Source of the DNA: Camelus ferus | Taxonomy: Eukaryota | DNA: 64,000 nucleotides | Assembly: GCF_009834535.1 (NCBI RefSeq) | Contig: NC_045697.1 | Location: forward strand, 84,260,001 to 84,324,000 | Direction of reading: 5' to 3' | Shown here: piece after piece, positions 35,700 through 49,500 of the stretch | How positions within the stretch are numbered: position 1 is the first letter of the stretch | Layout of the letters: every line of letters begins with the position of its first letter | The notes under the pieces: generated by a model | The model's database searches: none | The model's input: the letters and a program-made list of their open reading frames with translations, nothing else | Told to the model about the DNA's origin: nothing | Program-made: the position numbers and the translations under genes

Positions 35700-38600
35700 T
35701 TTTGTCTTTTAATTTTATTTTTTATTGAAGTGTTGTTTATGTACAATATTAGTTTCAGGTATACAGTAAAATGATTCAGTTACATATATACATATGTATA
35801 TATTTTTTCTTTTCAGATTCTTTTCCATTATATGTTTTTACAAGAAGTTGAGTATAGTTCCCTGTGCTATAGGTCCTTGTTGTTTATTTTATATATAATA
35901 ATATGTTAGTCCTAAGTTCCTAATTTATCCCTCCCCTGCACTTCCCCTTTGATAACCATCATTTGTTTTCCAAGTCTGTGAGTCTGTTTTTAGTTTGTAA
36001 ATAGACTTTGTATCTTTTTTTAAGATTCCACATATAAGTGATATCATATGATATTTGTCTTTCTCTGACTAACTTACTTAATATGATAATCTCTAGGTCC
36101 ATCCATGTTGCTGCAAATGACATTGTTTCTTTCTTTTTTATGGCTGAGTAATATTCCATTGTGTGTATGTATGTATGTATGTGTGTGTGTACATATATGT
36201 GTACACATGTGTATATATATGTATACGTACACATATATATACATTTTGAGTTTACTTTTATATATAGTATTAGAGAATGCTCCAATTTCATTCTTTTACA
36301 CGTAGCTGTCCAATTTTCCCAGAATGACTTACTGAAGAGACTGTCTTTTCTCCATTTTATATTCTTGCCTCCTTTGTCATAGATTAATTGACCATAAGTG
36401 TGTGGGTTTATTTCTGGACTTTCTATCTTGTTCCATTCATCTGTATGTCTGTTTTTGTGCTAGTATCATACTGTTTTGATTACTGTAGCTTTGTAGTATA
36501 GTCTGAAGTCAGGGAACTTGATTCCTCTAGCTCTGTTCTTCTTAAGATTGCTTTGGCTATTCAGGGTCCTTTGTGAATCCATACAAATTTAAAAATTATT
36601 TTAGTTCTGTGAAAAATACCATTGGTATTTTGACCCTGTATATTGCCTTGGGTACTGTGGGCATTTTAACAATATTGATTCTCCTAATCCAAGAAAATGG
36701 TATATCATTCCATCTGTTTGTGTCATCTTCTATTTCTTCATCAGTGTCTTACTGTTTTCTAAGTACAGTTCTTTTGTCTCCTTAGGTAGGTTTATTCCTA
36801 GGTATTTTATTCTAGGATAAATGGATTGATATGATAAATGGATTGTTTCCTTAATTTCTTTCTCTGATAGTTTGTTGTCAGTGTATAGAAATGCAACAAA
36901 CTTCTATTAATTTTGTATCCTGCAACTTTATTAAATTCATTGTTGAGCTCTAGAGGTCTTCCGGTGGCATCTTTAAGATTTTCTGTGTATAGTATCATGT
37001 CATCTGCAGCCAGTGACAGTTTTACTTCTTCCTTGCCCATTTCGATTCATTTTATTTCTTTTTCTTTTCTGATTGCTGTGGCTAGGACTTCCAAAGCTAT
37101 ATTGAATAAAAGTGGTGAGAATAGGCATCCTTGTCTTGTTCCTGATCTTGGAGGAAATGCTTTCAGCCTCTCACCATTGAGTATAATGTTAGCAATGGGT
37201 TTGCCATATATGGCCTTTATTATGTTGAGATCTGTTCCCTCTTTGTCCACTTTCTGGAGAGTTTTTTTTTTTTTTATATCATAAAAGGATGTTGAATTTT
37301 ATCAAAAGCTTTTTCTGCATCTTTTGAGATGATCATATGATTTTTATTCTTCAATTTGTTAATGTGGTTTTTCACATTGATTGATTTGCAGATATTGAAA
37401 AATATGTGCATCCCTGGGATTAATCCCACTTGATCATGGTATGTAATTCTTTTAATGTACTGTTAGATTTGGTTTGCTAATAAATTGTTGAGGATTTTTG
37501 CATCTGTGTTTATCAGTGATATTGGCCTGTAATTTTATTTTTTTGTGATATCTCCGGTTTTGGTATCAGGGTGATTCTGGCCTCATAGAATGAGTTCAGA
37601 AGTTTCTTTATCTGCAGTTTTTTGGAATGGTTTGAGAAGGATAGGTGTTAAGTCTTCTCTGGATGTTTGGTGGAATTCATCAGTGAAGCCATCTGATACT
37701 GGACTCTTATTTGTTGGAATTTTTAAATTACTGATTCAATTTCATTACTGGTAATTGGTCTGTTCAAATTTTCTATTTCTTCCTGATTCAGTGTTGGGAT
37801 ATTGTACCTTTCTGACATACATTTCTTCTATGTTGTCCACTTTATTAGCATATAGTTGTTCACAGCAGTCTCTTATGATCCTTTGTATTTCTGTGATGTC
37901 AATTGTAACTGTTTTATCATTTTTGATTTTGGGTCTTCTCTCTTTTTTTCTTGAGTCTGGCTAAAGGTTTATCAATTTTGTTTATCTTTTCAAAGAACAA
38001 AGACTGGAAGGTAGTCTCTTGAAAGCAGCACATATATGACTCTTGTTTTTGTATCCATTTGGCCACTCTGTCTTTCGGTTGAATCATTTGATCCATTTAC
38101 ATTTAAAGTAATTATTGAGATGTATGTTATTATTGTCATTTTGTTAATTGTTTTGTATTTGTTTTTGTAGGTCTTTTTTTCTTTTCTTTTTTTCCCTCTT
38201 CTCTTGTGATTTGATCACCAGCATTAGTGTTATGTTTGGATTCCTTTTTCTTTTTTGTGTGTATATCTATTGTAGATTTTTGGTTTGTGGTTACCATGAA
38301 GTTTTTGTATAGCAGTCTATACATATACATGATTTTTTAAGTTGCTGGTCTCTTAATTTCAAAGGCATTTAAAAAACCCTTCACTTGTACTCTCCTCTTC
38401 TCACTATTACTGTCTTTGATACCATATTTTACGTGTAATTGTTTTGTGTAGCCCTTAACTGCTTCCTGTGGATATAGATGATTTCACTACTTTTGTCTTT
38501 TAACCTCCCTGCTAGCTTTGTGTGTGGATAGTTTTCTACCTTTACTGTATGTTTGCCTTTACCAGTGAGCATTTTCATTTCGTAATTTTCTTGTTTCTAG

Positions 38601-40960
38601 TTGTGGCCTTTTTCTTTTTGAAAAATCTAGGGAAGTTTCTTTAACATTAATTGTATAGCTGTTTTGGCAGTTCTGAACTCTTTCAGCTTTTGCTTGTCCA
38701 TAATGCTTTTGATTTCTCCATCAGGTCTGAAGGAGAGCCTCGCTGGGCAGAGAATTCTTGGTTGTAGGTTTTCCCCTTTCATCACTTTAAATATATCATG
38801 CCACTCCCTTCTGGCTTGCAGAGTGTCTGCTGAAAAATCAACTGATAGCTTTATAGGAATTCCCTTGTATGTTATTTACTGATTTTTCCTTGCTGCTTTT
38901 AATATACTCTCTGTATCTTTAATTTTTATGATTTAAATTACAATGTGTCTTGGTGTGTTCCTCTTTGGATTAATCCTGTGTGGGATTCTGCACTTTCTGG
39001 ACTTCGGTAACTGTTTCTTTTCCCAAGTCAGGGAAGTTTCTAGCTATTGTGTCTTCACATATGTTCTCATATGTTCACATATATTTCTCTCTCTTCTCCT
39101 TCTGGGATCCCTATAATGTGGAATTATTATGCTTGATGTTGTCCCAGAGGTCTCTTAAACTGTCCTCATTTCTTTTCATTCTGTTTTCTTTTTTCTGTTC
39201 AGAGGCAGTGATTTCCACTACTCTGTCTTCCAGCTCACTGATCCATTCCTCTGTATCATTTAGTCTACTGTTGATTCCTCCTAGTGTATTTTTCATTTCA
39301 GTTATTGTATTCTTCATCTTTGTTTGGTTGTTCTTTACAAATTCTGTTTGTTAAAAACTTCTTGCTCTGTGCATCCATTCTTCTCCTGAATTCTTTGATC
39401 ATCTTTGGGATCATTACTCTCAACTCTTTCTCAGGTAGATTGCCTATCTCCACTTCACTTACTTCTTCAGAGGTTTTATCTTGTTCCTTCATCTGGAACA
39501 TGTTCCATTGCCACCTCATTTTTTCTAAGTTTCTGCTTGTTTTTTATACAGGTAGTAGGTTAATTATGTTTCTTGACCTTGGAGAAGTGGAGAAGTGGCT
39601 TTCTGTAGGAGATGTCCTCTGTGTCCCGGCAGTGCACTCTCCTGTCGTCACCCAAGCTCTGTGCTCTAGAGGTTCCCCCTAAGAGGGCTGCATGGGTCCT
39701 TCTGTTGTGGCAGACTGTGTGGTTGGTCTGGTAGGCTTGGTAAGCCCCTAGCCCGGTTTGTTGTCAGGCCCTGCCTTGTGTGGATGCGCTAACTGCTAGT
39801 TAGCGGGGTCTGGTCACAAGGTGGCTGCTGCAGAACCCTAGAGGCCTCAGGGTTAGTGCTGGCTCACTGGTGGGCCCAGTTAGACTCCAGAAGACTCTGG
39901 AGCTTTTGCCTGCTCACTGGTGGGGTTAGTGCTGGGTCCCGGAAACTGGCTACAGGGTCCAGGGATCCCAGAACTGGTGTCAGATGGCTAGTGGTGGAGG
40001 GTGGCTCCTGACACAGTTGGGTATGGGGTCCGTGATGTCCTGAAGCTTGCGTTGGCCTGCTAGAGGGCAGAGCCAGGGCCCAGCTGGTCCCAGGGTGCTG
40101 TCTGGCCTTCTGTGGGCGGATTGGGTCTGCAGGCTGCAGCATTGTGGTTTTCTTACATCTGGTGTCTGTTGCCTGGTGGGGGAGGCTGGTCTGGAGGCTA
40201 CTGCAGGCTCCCTTGAGGGCAGGGCCAGTACCTCCACACTGGTGGGTGGAGCTGGGTCCTGGCCCTCTGGTGAGACATATCTAGAGGTGACTGTGGTCTC
40301 AGGAAGTCTTTTGGCAGCCTGTCTGGTGATGTGCGGGCCTATGTCCCCATCCAGTTAGTTGTTTGGCTTGAGGCCTCCCAGCGCTGGGCCTGCAGGCTGT
40401 TGGGTGAGGCCAGGTCTTGGCACTCACAAGCTAGAGGAAGGATCCCAAGATGGTAGCCACCACAGGAGCGCCCACACGGTAGCATGAGTTCCTAAATATG
40501 GCTGCCGCCAGTATCTGTGTCTCCAGGATGAGCTGCAGCTGCCTTCTGCCTCTCTGGGATGCTCTCTGAGGCCAGCAGGTATGTCTGGTCCAGGCTGTCA
40601 TCAAGTTACTGCGTGTGCCCTGGGTCCTGGTGCGTGTGTGATTTTGTACGCACCTTTTAAGAGTGAAGTCTCTGTTTATCCCAGTCCTGTGGGGCTCCTG
40701 AAATTAAGCCCTGCTGGCCTTCAAAGCCAAATGCCCTAGGTGCTCATCTTCTCGCTGCAGGATCCCCAGACTGGGGAGCCTGATGTGGGGCTCAGAAGTC
40801 TCACTCCTGTGGGAGAACCTCTGCATACTCTCCAGTTCATAGGTCGCCCACCCCAAGGTATGACACTTGATGGTAATGCTGTAGATAGTTATGATTTTGG
40901 TGAGCTTGTGAGAGGAGGTGAGCTCAGGGTCTTTCTGTTCTTCCATTTTGGCTGATCCTC
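35700..40960 (-). mobile_element. Near full-length, internally deleted, inactive L1 (5'UTR, ORF1, ORF2 remnants, 3'UTR)
   Basis: 5' end AGCCAAAATGGAAGAACAGAAAGACCCTGAGCTCACC (about 40955). ORF1 remnants 39111..39519 (MKNTITEMKNTLGGINSRLNDTEEWISELEDR). RT motifs [15 protein letters not shown] (37047..37250) and [12 protein letters not shown] (36807..37040). 3'UTR and T-rich tail near 35700-35730. Confidence 0.9.
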
Positions 40961-40996
40961 TTCCAACTCAAAACTGCTCTAAAAACTAGCCTATTA

Positions 40997-41001
40997 ACAC
41001 A

Positions 41002-41041
<40 letters not shown>
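40997..41041. repeat. (CA)n microsatellite
   Basis: About 22 AC units with one interruption. Confidence 0.9.
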
Positions 41042-41043
<2 letters not shown>

Positions 41044-41079
41044 TGTATCACATAATTCATGAGCCCATGTGAGAGTTGC

Positions 41080-41574
41080 TGTGTTAGAGGGAATACTGGC
41101 CCCCAAAGATGTTCGTATCCTCGTCCCTGGAACCTGTGAATATGTTACTTTTATGGCTAAAGGAGCTTTGCACATCTGATTGTTAAGCATTTTGAGATAG
41201 GAAGATCATCCTGGATTATCTGTGTGGGCCAAATGCAATCACAAGAGTCCTTTTAGGAGGGAGAGAGTGTTAGAGAAGGAAATGTGAGGATGGAAGCAGA
41301 AGGGTGTTGTGTGTGTGTGTGTATGTGACTGTGAGAGGGAGAGTGCTCTGCACATGCTCTGCTGTTGGCTTTGAAGATGGAAGACGAGGCCACAATCTAA
41401 GCAGCACAGGCAGCCTCTGAAAGCTCAGAAAGGCTGGGGAATGGCCTCTGGAAGGACTGCAGCCTTGCTGACACATTTTTGACTTTTGATCTCCTGAACC
41501 GTAAGATAATACATTTGTGTTAAGTCAGTACATTTGTGGTAATTTGCTACAGCAGCATTAGGAAACTAATAACA
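41080..41574 (+). mobile_element. MaLR LTR (MLT1-like)
   Basis: GGCCCCAAAGATGTTCGTATCCTCGTCCCTGGAACCTGTGAATATGTTAC...GTGGTAATTTGCTACAGCAGCATTAGGAAACTAATAACA. Confidence 0.8.
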
Positions 41575-44500
41575 ATTGTTTTTTCAATGAAAATTTAGAC
41601 AATTGAGTAGAGGAGAGATATTTTCATATTTCATTGTCCATGTGAAAATCAATTCATATTGGTAGTGTTAAAGTTCAGGGACCACTTGCTTGTGTTTTTT
41701 ACTGTCAGATGTGTTCTTCATCTCTATTTTTGTTGCTCCCACTGAGAGCAAAAACAGTCACTCTGTTATAGACTTCAGAACCTGTTTGTATGAAAATAAT
41801 CCGATCTTCTGGCCTCTGTAGTTCCCTAATACCATTTACTCATGTTCGTTACATGATTACACATGATGCTGCCTCCTCCGTTGTGCTGCCTGTGAATACG
41901 TGCTCCCAGTGACTCAGAGTCCGCTAGTGTGCTTCACTGATGATGATCACAAATGCAGGTCTTAAACAGAATAGACAGAAAAAAAAATGAACAATAATTT
42001 CTGGTCATGTGGAATTTACTTTTCAAAATTTTGTAATACAAAACAGAACAACGTATCTTCCAACCATGCTTCTCTTGAATTCTTTAGTGAATTCATGGCA
42101 TTCCTAAAATGGGACCTCTTATGAGATGAGTGAATATTGACTTTACTCCTGCCTTCTGTGCATCCACCAGCGGGAAGGAGAGGGGCGGAAGATGTTCTTA
42201 TTTGTACGTTCTGTCTCTCGAACAGCACAGCTTACAACAGACCCAGGAAAGCACCAGTTTACTTCATTGATCAGAACCAAGAGAGGACATTGGAAAAAGC
42301 CTATTGGTATTGCAGGGCAAGCCTAGAAAGCCCTAGGGAGGTAGGCAGAGCACTCCAGGAACACTGTGTGATGCTGGCTGGTGTGGAGCTTTGTGGAGGT
42401 GGGTGGGCCCCTGAATAAGTCCTGCTTGGAAAACATGCTCTGTCAGATGGGTTACCAACACTCCCTGCCTCAGCCCCCAGCCCTCAGCAGGGACAGCCCA
42501 CATACCCAACACCCTGACCCAGGATTTCCAGCTTGCACTCAATCAGGGTAGGAAGATAAGGAAAATAAGCAAATCCCCAGTGTTTACTGCTTTTTATTAG
42601 ATTAACTGCACCCATTTAAGGACTGTGGACTGATGGCTGTCACCCTCCAGTCAGGTATCTGACTGGGTTGAGTCAAGGGTGGAACAAGAGGCCAAGAGTA
42701 TCATTTTAGGGGTGTTCCTTCATTTGGAAACACAAGAGTAAGGAGTCAATGATTCTTCCCAGCAGCTTCTATCAAAGAGTTCTGTTGATAGAGATCTCCG
42801 GGATCGGATCCTACGGTCCTGTGGCACTGACTTCGTGCCCTGTGAATTATTGTCTTCTGTGGACTGCAGTTATGAATTATGAATTTGTCTTTAGTGGTGT
42901 GGATTAGTAATTTCTATGGAAATTTTATGGGCCTATTTGAGGTTGTGCTCTTCCAAAGACATTTTGCCTTTGCTTTTGCCAGGTGTCCGGGGATGTTACC
43001 TTCCTGAGACTTCTTTTGGTGCTTACTATTCAACTTGTGTGGTCTTGCATCATATTCAGACCCCAAATCTGTGTTAATATGAGGATAGACTCAATGTTGT
43101 GGTTTTTTTTTTAACCAGAGCCCAGATTGACTGGCATGCTTCTTTAGTTCTGTGTCGCTGAATGGATTTCCCTCCCTTTCCACATGTTGAGAGCATAGCT
43201 GTTCAGAGTTTTCAGCCTTACTTGGAGGGCTATTCCCCAAATGCTTCCCTGGATCTCATGACCATGTTTCCTTCTTGATATAGATCTGTAAATATTCCCG
43301 AGTCTGATACAGCGTCAGCTCACATGCTTACTGACTGGGTTTTTAATTAGCTTTGTTTTGGCCTCTGGGATTTCTCTTATTTTAAGAGCTCAAATATACA
43401 TTTAAAGGATGTTTGCTGGAGCATAATCTATAAAAATATTGAATCATCATGTTGTACACCTGAAACTAACATAATATTGTAAATTAACTATACTTCAATG
43501 AAAAAAAGGATTTTTTATTTTATACAACACTTACAAGTATTTAAATACAATATTTATACGTTATAAATATATTTTTAATCATCATCATTTAAAAGTATAA
43601 AATTTACAAGTATTTAAATAAGAAGTGGGAAGGCTTTCAAGTTCTCAAGTTTGCTACTTCTAGGTCTTCACACGTTTCTTCTGCCTAGAATACTCTTCTT
43701 CCTTTTCATCTAAACCAGGTGTCACATCCTTAAGGAGCCTCTGTGAGCCTCCACTCCCACCATCAGTGCACAAAGGTTGTCTATTTGCCCTTATGTGTAG
43801 CCTCTGCCAGACTAGATGCTTTGTGAGACCATGCCTGTTAGTTTAGCCCAGCCTGACACTTAGGAGACAATCACGCATTTATGAATGAATGAATAAATAC
43901 CTTCTGTTGACTTTTGTTTTTATTTTTAAATGTAAATCTTGTCTTCTCCACAAGATTATTGGCCTCTAGCCTTTATGAATTTTCCTTGGCTCCCAGCAAT
44001 ACAGTAAAACTCCCACTGGGAGTAACTCCACCAGTGGTTATCAAATTTATTAATGAAAGCCTGGTAACAAATTTATATACAATAGAAAACAAGTATCTTT
44101 TTCCCAATTGTTTTATTCAGTTTTTTTTCCATCTTAAAATTCAGCTCTTGTCCAACTGAAAATTTCTAAAATGCTGTATTGATTTTTCTATTGCCCTTTA
44201 CTGAAATTTCTTTTTCCTTTCTTTATAAAAAATTCAATTTTATGTCAAGTGAGAGAGGATGGAAATCTATTCTTTCACTCAGTATTTCTTGAATACCTTC
44301 AAAGCACAAGACAGAAGGCAGAGGTGCTGGTGGGAGGGCTGTGTGATTCAGGTTGGTGTTCTTAGCGCAGGGAAGAATCAAGTATGTTTGAAGGCCTAGG
44401 GATTGGAGACAACATAGAAAAAGAGAAGCGGACGTTACAGGAAACAGAGGAAATAACAATAGGACACAGTCCTGCCTTCATACACTCCCCAAAGAAGTGC

Positions 44501-45607
44501 ACTACTTACTTTCACAGACTCAGCAAAGCACCCTTAGTATCTGCTTCTATTGGCTTTCCTGGAGAGTGAGAGCAACTGTAGCTGAGGCGGTTGTTGACCA
44601 TGTTTTATGCTTTTCCTCCTTGGTCTGGGTACATCAGCCAGATAGAGAACTCTTGACTTTCAGAGAGCTGGTTGGTGAACGGGAAAGCTTGTGTCTTATG
44701 ATGGATATGATGGATTGGTGTTGTATAAAGTCTAAAAATCAGCCCTGTTGGGTAAGGGATACAGTGATAGGAAGTGAAATGTGGCTCTAAAGTGATTGAC
44801 TTAGGGGATCTTAAAGTTGGAAGCTATTCTGATAGTTCATGTTCCATCTTCTCTCCCCCCCTTAGCCATACAAACTTGTGTCTTAAATTCCAGTTAGAAA
44901 GAGGAATTCTAAAACATGCTATTGGGATTGCCATCCGATGATTGAATCATCTTTTTTCCTGTATATTTCACACACACACAAAATGCATGCTCATATACTT
45001 AAAATGAGGCAAGCCAAAGAGAACAATCATGCATGCCATTTAATTAGTCAGATTTCTTTTGATTCAAATAATTATTTTGATTCCAGGCATAATTTTTGTG
45101 GATTTTTATTTTGAAAAAAATGGGTTGTGACCTGGAAACAGATTTTTTCCTGCGGAAGCTGAATATAGCTTAAAGTCAGAGGATATTCTCTGCAAGTTCA
45201 AAGTGTTTTTTGTTTGTTATGTGCCTTAAAAACAGAAAATCTTTGACATTTGCATGTATCACGTATGTATGTATATAAATATATAAATATATCCTTGCTT
45301 GCTGAGAAGGCAGCACAGCTAATAGCAAGAATGTGCGTTCAAAAAAGTTGTCAGATGCTTTCCTTTGATACAAGTAGGGATGATGTCTCAGTGGATGGAA
45401 TGTTGAGAATCAGAAAGACTTGAGATGATCAGTTATTTGGGAAGAATCTTAAACTGGACAAATGGTGGTAAGCAAGTCTTAATTCTCCACTGATTTTTTT
45501 TTTTTCCATTTGTTTTTCTTTAGCTAGTAAATTTTTTTTTTTAAATAACAGTTTTATTCATTGTTAATATCCAGTGAGGGTTATTTCTTTAACTACAACT
45601 GAAACTG

Positions 45608-45626
45608 TGGCGCTCTCTAGTGGTCA
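45608..45626 (-). promoter_or_regulatory. Candidate CTCF site
   Basis: Minus strand TGACCACTAGAGAGCGCCA, one mismatch from the CCASYAGRKGGCRS core. Confidence 0.55.
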
Positions 45627-46589
45627 GAAAGTCTAAAATATTGTTTATGTGAGCTTTCATTTTATTTTTGCCTTTAGCTTTGTGAACTCGGCATAGCCTA
45701 GATGTAGCTCCACACGAAGGGGGCTTGCCCAGTGGCAGAACTACAAAATGAATCATTAATCCTGCAGTGAATTATACCTCCACGCCTCTAGACTAGCAGC
45801 ACTGAAGCACAGTGGTACCTGGGATTCTGAAAGCATGGCATTAGCTATTACCAGATGAACTAAAGGAATGTTAACTTTAAAATCTCAAAACCAAATCTGC
45901 TGGGTGTGGGAAATCTTGTCTCCAGTGCTTTTAGGTAGACCAGTTGATCCACCAAGAATGGACTTGGGACTTCTTACAATTAAAATTCAAAAAGGGGGCT
46001 AAGTAGAATAAATAACCTGCTTTGAAACTAGACAGATCTGGGCTGGAATCCAGCTCCATGCCATTTGGCAGGTATTTAATTCTTAAGCCTTAGCTCCTCA
46101 TGCAACATGAGGATGGTAATAACCACCCTCCATAGAGCTGTTAGGGACTTGGAAGTGGTGGGGTGTATGGAGAATGTTGCCCCCAAACCAGGTAGCAAAG
46201 GATATTAATAAAAATAGTATTACTGAGAAGTGTCTAGGCTAAGGAAGGGAGTTCATTAAACCACATTTTTTTTTTCCAGCTTGTGGGACCAAAGATTAGC
46301 TTGATTAAAGTCTCTCAAACTATTGGGCCCATTCTCCCCACCTAAAATGCAAAGTCCCATAATAATCACACAACACTCCACCTGCTTGTTCATTCTTTTT
46401 ATTTTTACAAAGCACGGCAAAATGAGGAAACAACTGACAAGTGAAGAGTCTGCACAATGGAAAACCACCCTGACCATCGCTTGGCATTATAGGGATCACA
46501 GGTGGGTAAGTGTACCTTTAAAGTGATTTTGTCACAGAAGAGTCATCTGAAACAGTTCTCGTGGTGGGGGAGAAGGAAAGACAGGAAAT

Positions 46590-49500
46590 CAACATTCACA
46601 ATTATTTAAAATGACTTAAGAGCTAAACATAATATACATAGTTAACTCCTTTATCCTAGTACAAAAATAGTGCCAGAAACTATATATTTGTTCAAATGTA
46701 TTGAAAAGGTATAAGAATACAAATAGATATTAACAGTGGCTAGTGAAGATTCTTAAGGTTTTCTTTTCTTAAACTGTAATAGAAATTTATATTTTCAACT
46801 ATATACATGGTTTTCAACATTTATTAAGACATGTTTACACAGGCTTTTGAGAAGCTTATGGAAGGGCAAAGTGAGCTTTAATACTTTCTTCCTCGCTCCC
46901 TGTGGTGGAGCAGAAGGGGTCCAAAACTGTGCACAATTTACCAGTCCAGGAGAACTCTGAGTAATCTCTACCTGGCTAGCATATGGAAAAATAATCTATG
47001 TAGTGGAATATATGACTCCTTACTTATATGAGGTGTTCTTTAAGCTAGCAGCAGGGCTAAGTGATTCATACTTGCAAGAAGACAGGATGTTCACTGACGA
47101 TTCTTAGTAAGTTCCAGGTAAAGAAAGTCCTTGGAAAACTGTGTAATACATATGTTATAGATGAAAACAGAAGTGACAGATGTACCCTATGTTTTCACGT
47201 TAAATCTGCAGGATCAGAAGCTGGTCTCTTATCCAACAATCCCTGCAAAGACTGTGAGCTCGGCAAGGTCACTGCTCTGTCTCCGCATGTGGAGCACAGT
47301 GCCTGACATGTGGCAGGAACTCAATAATAGGTGGATTGAGCCATGTCTGATACTGAACAGTTATGTTAAATCACTTCATTTTAGCTACAGTTGCTCCCCG
47401 GAGAGGAGAGCAGTTACACTTTCGCCTCTCTCAACTTAAATCAATCTTGTGAAACAAAACAAAAAACTAAATGAAACAAAACAGCATTGCTTGTGATGGC
47501 CCATAAAGTTTTAGGAATACAATCTGGTGAAAAACACAGGAAAATCGAAAATCAAATTGGAGTAGGTCTAACATTTGTGCTCTATGCTGAAAATAAAGGC
47601 ACTTTACTGCTAGGCAAGAATATATCTGTGATGGGTTTCCTCCCACAATCCAATATTTCCAGTATATTTTCATACACTTTCTTATCTCCATTACTTCTAT
47701 TGAAGGAAACTATTTTTCGTAGTAAAGAGATTAGTGGTGACAACATTGTCGTCCAGCGTTTGTACCTTGAGGTGAGGCGCTCAAAGAGCTCTAAATCTCA
47801 CACTCGCTAGTGATCGGCATGAGAAGCCAAATAAATGTACTGTCTTTTTTCAGTCTTGGAAACGCAGCGTAGGAAATGACGCATGGGATTAGATGGTGTG
47901 CTCTGTGGCCTGAAAGCCCATTTCTGACAGTGGCCTCCAGGGCCCGTTTGGGCTTACACAGTAGCTACCTTCTGTGACATCCTCCTTGGAGACAAGGCTT
48001 AGCCTGAACATAACTCCTTTAATAGCGCAACTTGTTCACGCCCACAGAAGTTAAGAGATTTACAGAAGTTCCCACAGGATAGTGACCGGCAACACGCAAT
48101 CCTATGGGAAGTATAGGGCCAGGAATTTTATAGACGTCTTCTTACAACTTAGTAAAATAGTGGGGACTTTGGGGGCTGAAAATTGAAATGAAATGGTATC
48201 ATGTTATTCAGCTATAACAAAACCAAACAAACTAATCTAGAAAAAGAACAGCTTCTTGCTAGTTACAGGTAATACACAGCAGGGTGAGGGAAGACTACAT
48301 GTATATATTTTAACAACTTGAAAAGATACTGGAAAGGAAATATTCACATAAGAACAAAGTTTGTGCCCAGGTACCAGATATATACCCATGTATGGAATGA
48401 TTTTCCTAAAAATTAAAAATTATTTGAACCGACTAACCAGTTCTAAAAAAGCACTCTTCTTCTGTATGATCTAAAATATCCCAAAATAAAATAAAATAGG
48501 CATGGCATGGCATGGCCTAACCTCTTTCAATTTCTAAACTAGTAAAGTAAAATAAACCATTATCTAAAGGTAAACCAAACAATTTCTAACCTAAATATAT
48601 CTTCTTGATTATTAAAATGACACACATACAAATCCTCCAGACATAGTCTACTATGTCTTTAAAAAATCTCAGTGACATATATTAGAGGGCTGTAGACAAA
48701 CTACTAAAGTATTTGACTACAGATTTTAGCATAACGGCTAAATCACAATGTGTATGACAAAAAGATAGGTTATTAAAGACTGCTATTCTTAAAACAATTT
48801 TTCTACACTAGGGAATTATGTCTGCATGCGTAGGTGTATACCAATACGTAGATACATTATTTTAGCGACAACCTGTGTAGATTACACACCAGTGCCACCA
48901 AGAGGCAACCTTACAGATCTCATGTGTATGACAGAAAATAAAAACAGAATAACATCCTAAAAATGCAAGTGTTACAACAACAATAATAATACATGTAACA
49001 TTAAACAGTTGAGAACCTTCTAGGCTAGCCTTTACCACTACAAAGTAATGGCAATACAATTTGCTTTGCTTTTTTTTTTTTAACCTGAACGGCAAGAATA
49101 AAGCCACTTTATGTCAAGATACATACACACGCACATAATTTTAAAAACTTAATGAATATGTTGAATTTTAGGCAGTTTAGGGGGAAAAAAGGATATGAAC
49201 GGAAAACAACGTTTTAGTGAAAAGTCTTCAAGATACTGTATTACCATATCCCTAAGAGATTTTCTATCCAAACTAGTGATAGAGACTTAGAAACTTTTTT
49301 AGATGGTAGGGAAAGGGTTTAACAGACCAAATAAATACCTCTCTTCCTACTCTTCCCCGAGTCCAAACAGTACCGCATATTTGGAGCAGATTTGCTTTTC
49401 CTGAACCAGGTGCTCAATTCATTATCCACTTGTCCAGTATGGAAGAAAAGTGCTTTTAGGGGCACACATGTACAATGGCAATACACTTACATGGGCTCAA

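Noticed and set aside
35700..40960. Potentially active L1
   Set aside because: ORF1 and ORF2 are fragmented by stops, frameshifts and deletions (near 36240 and 38000).
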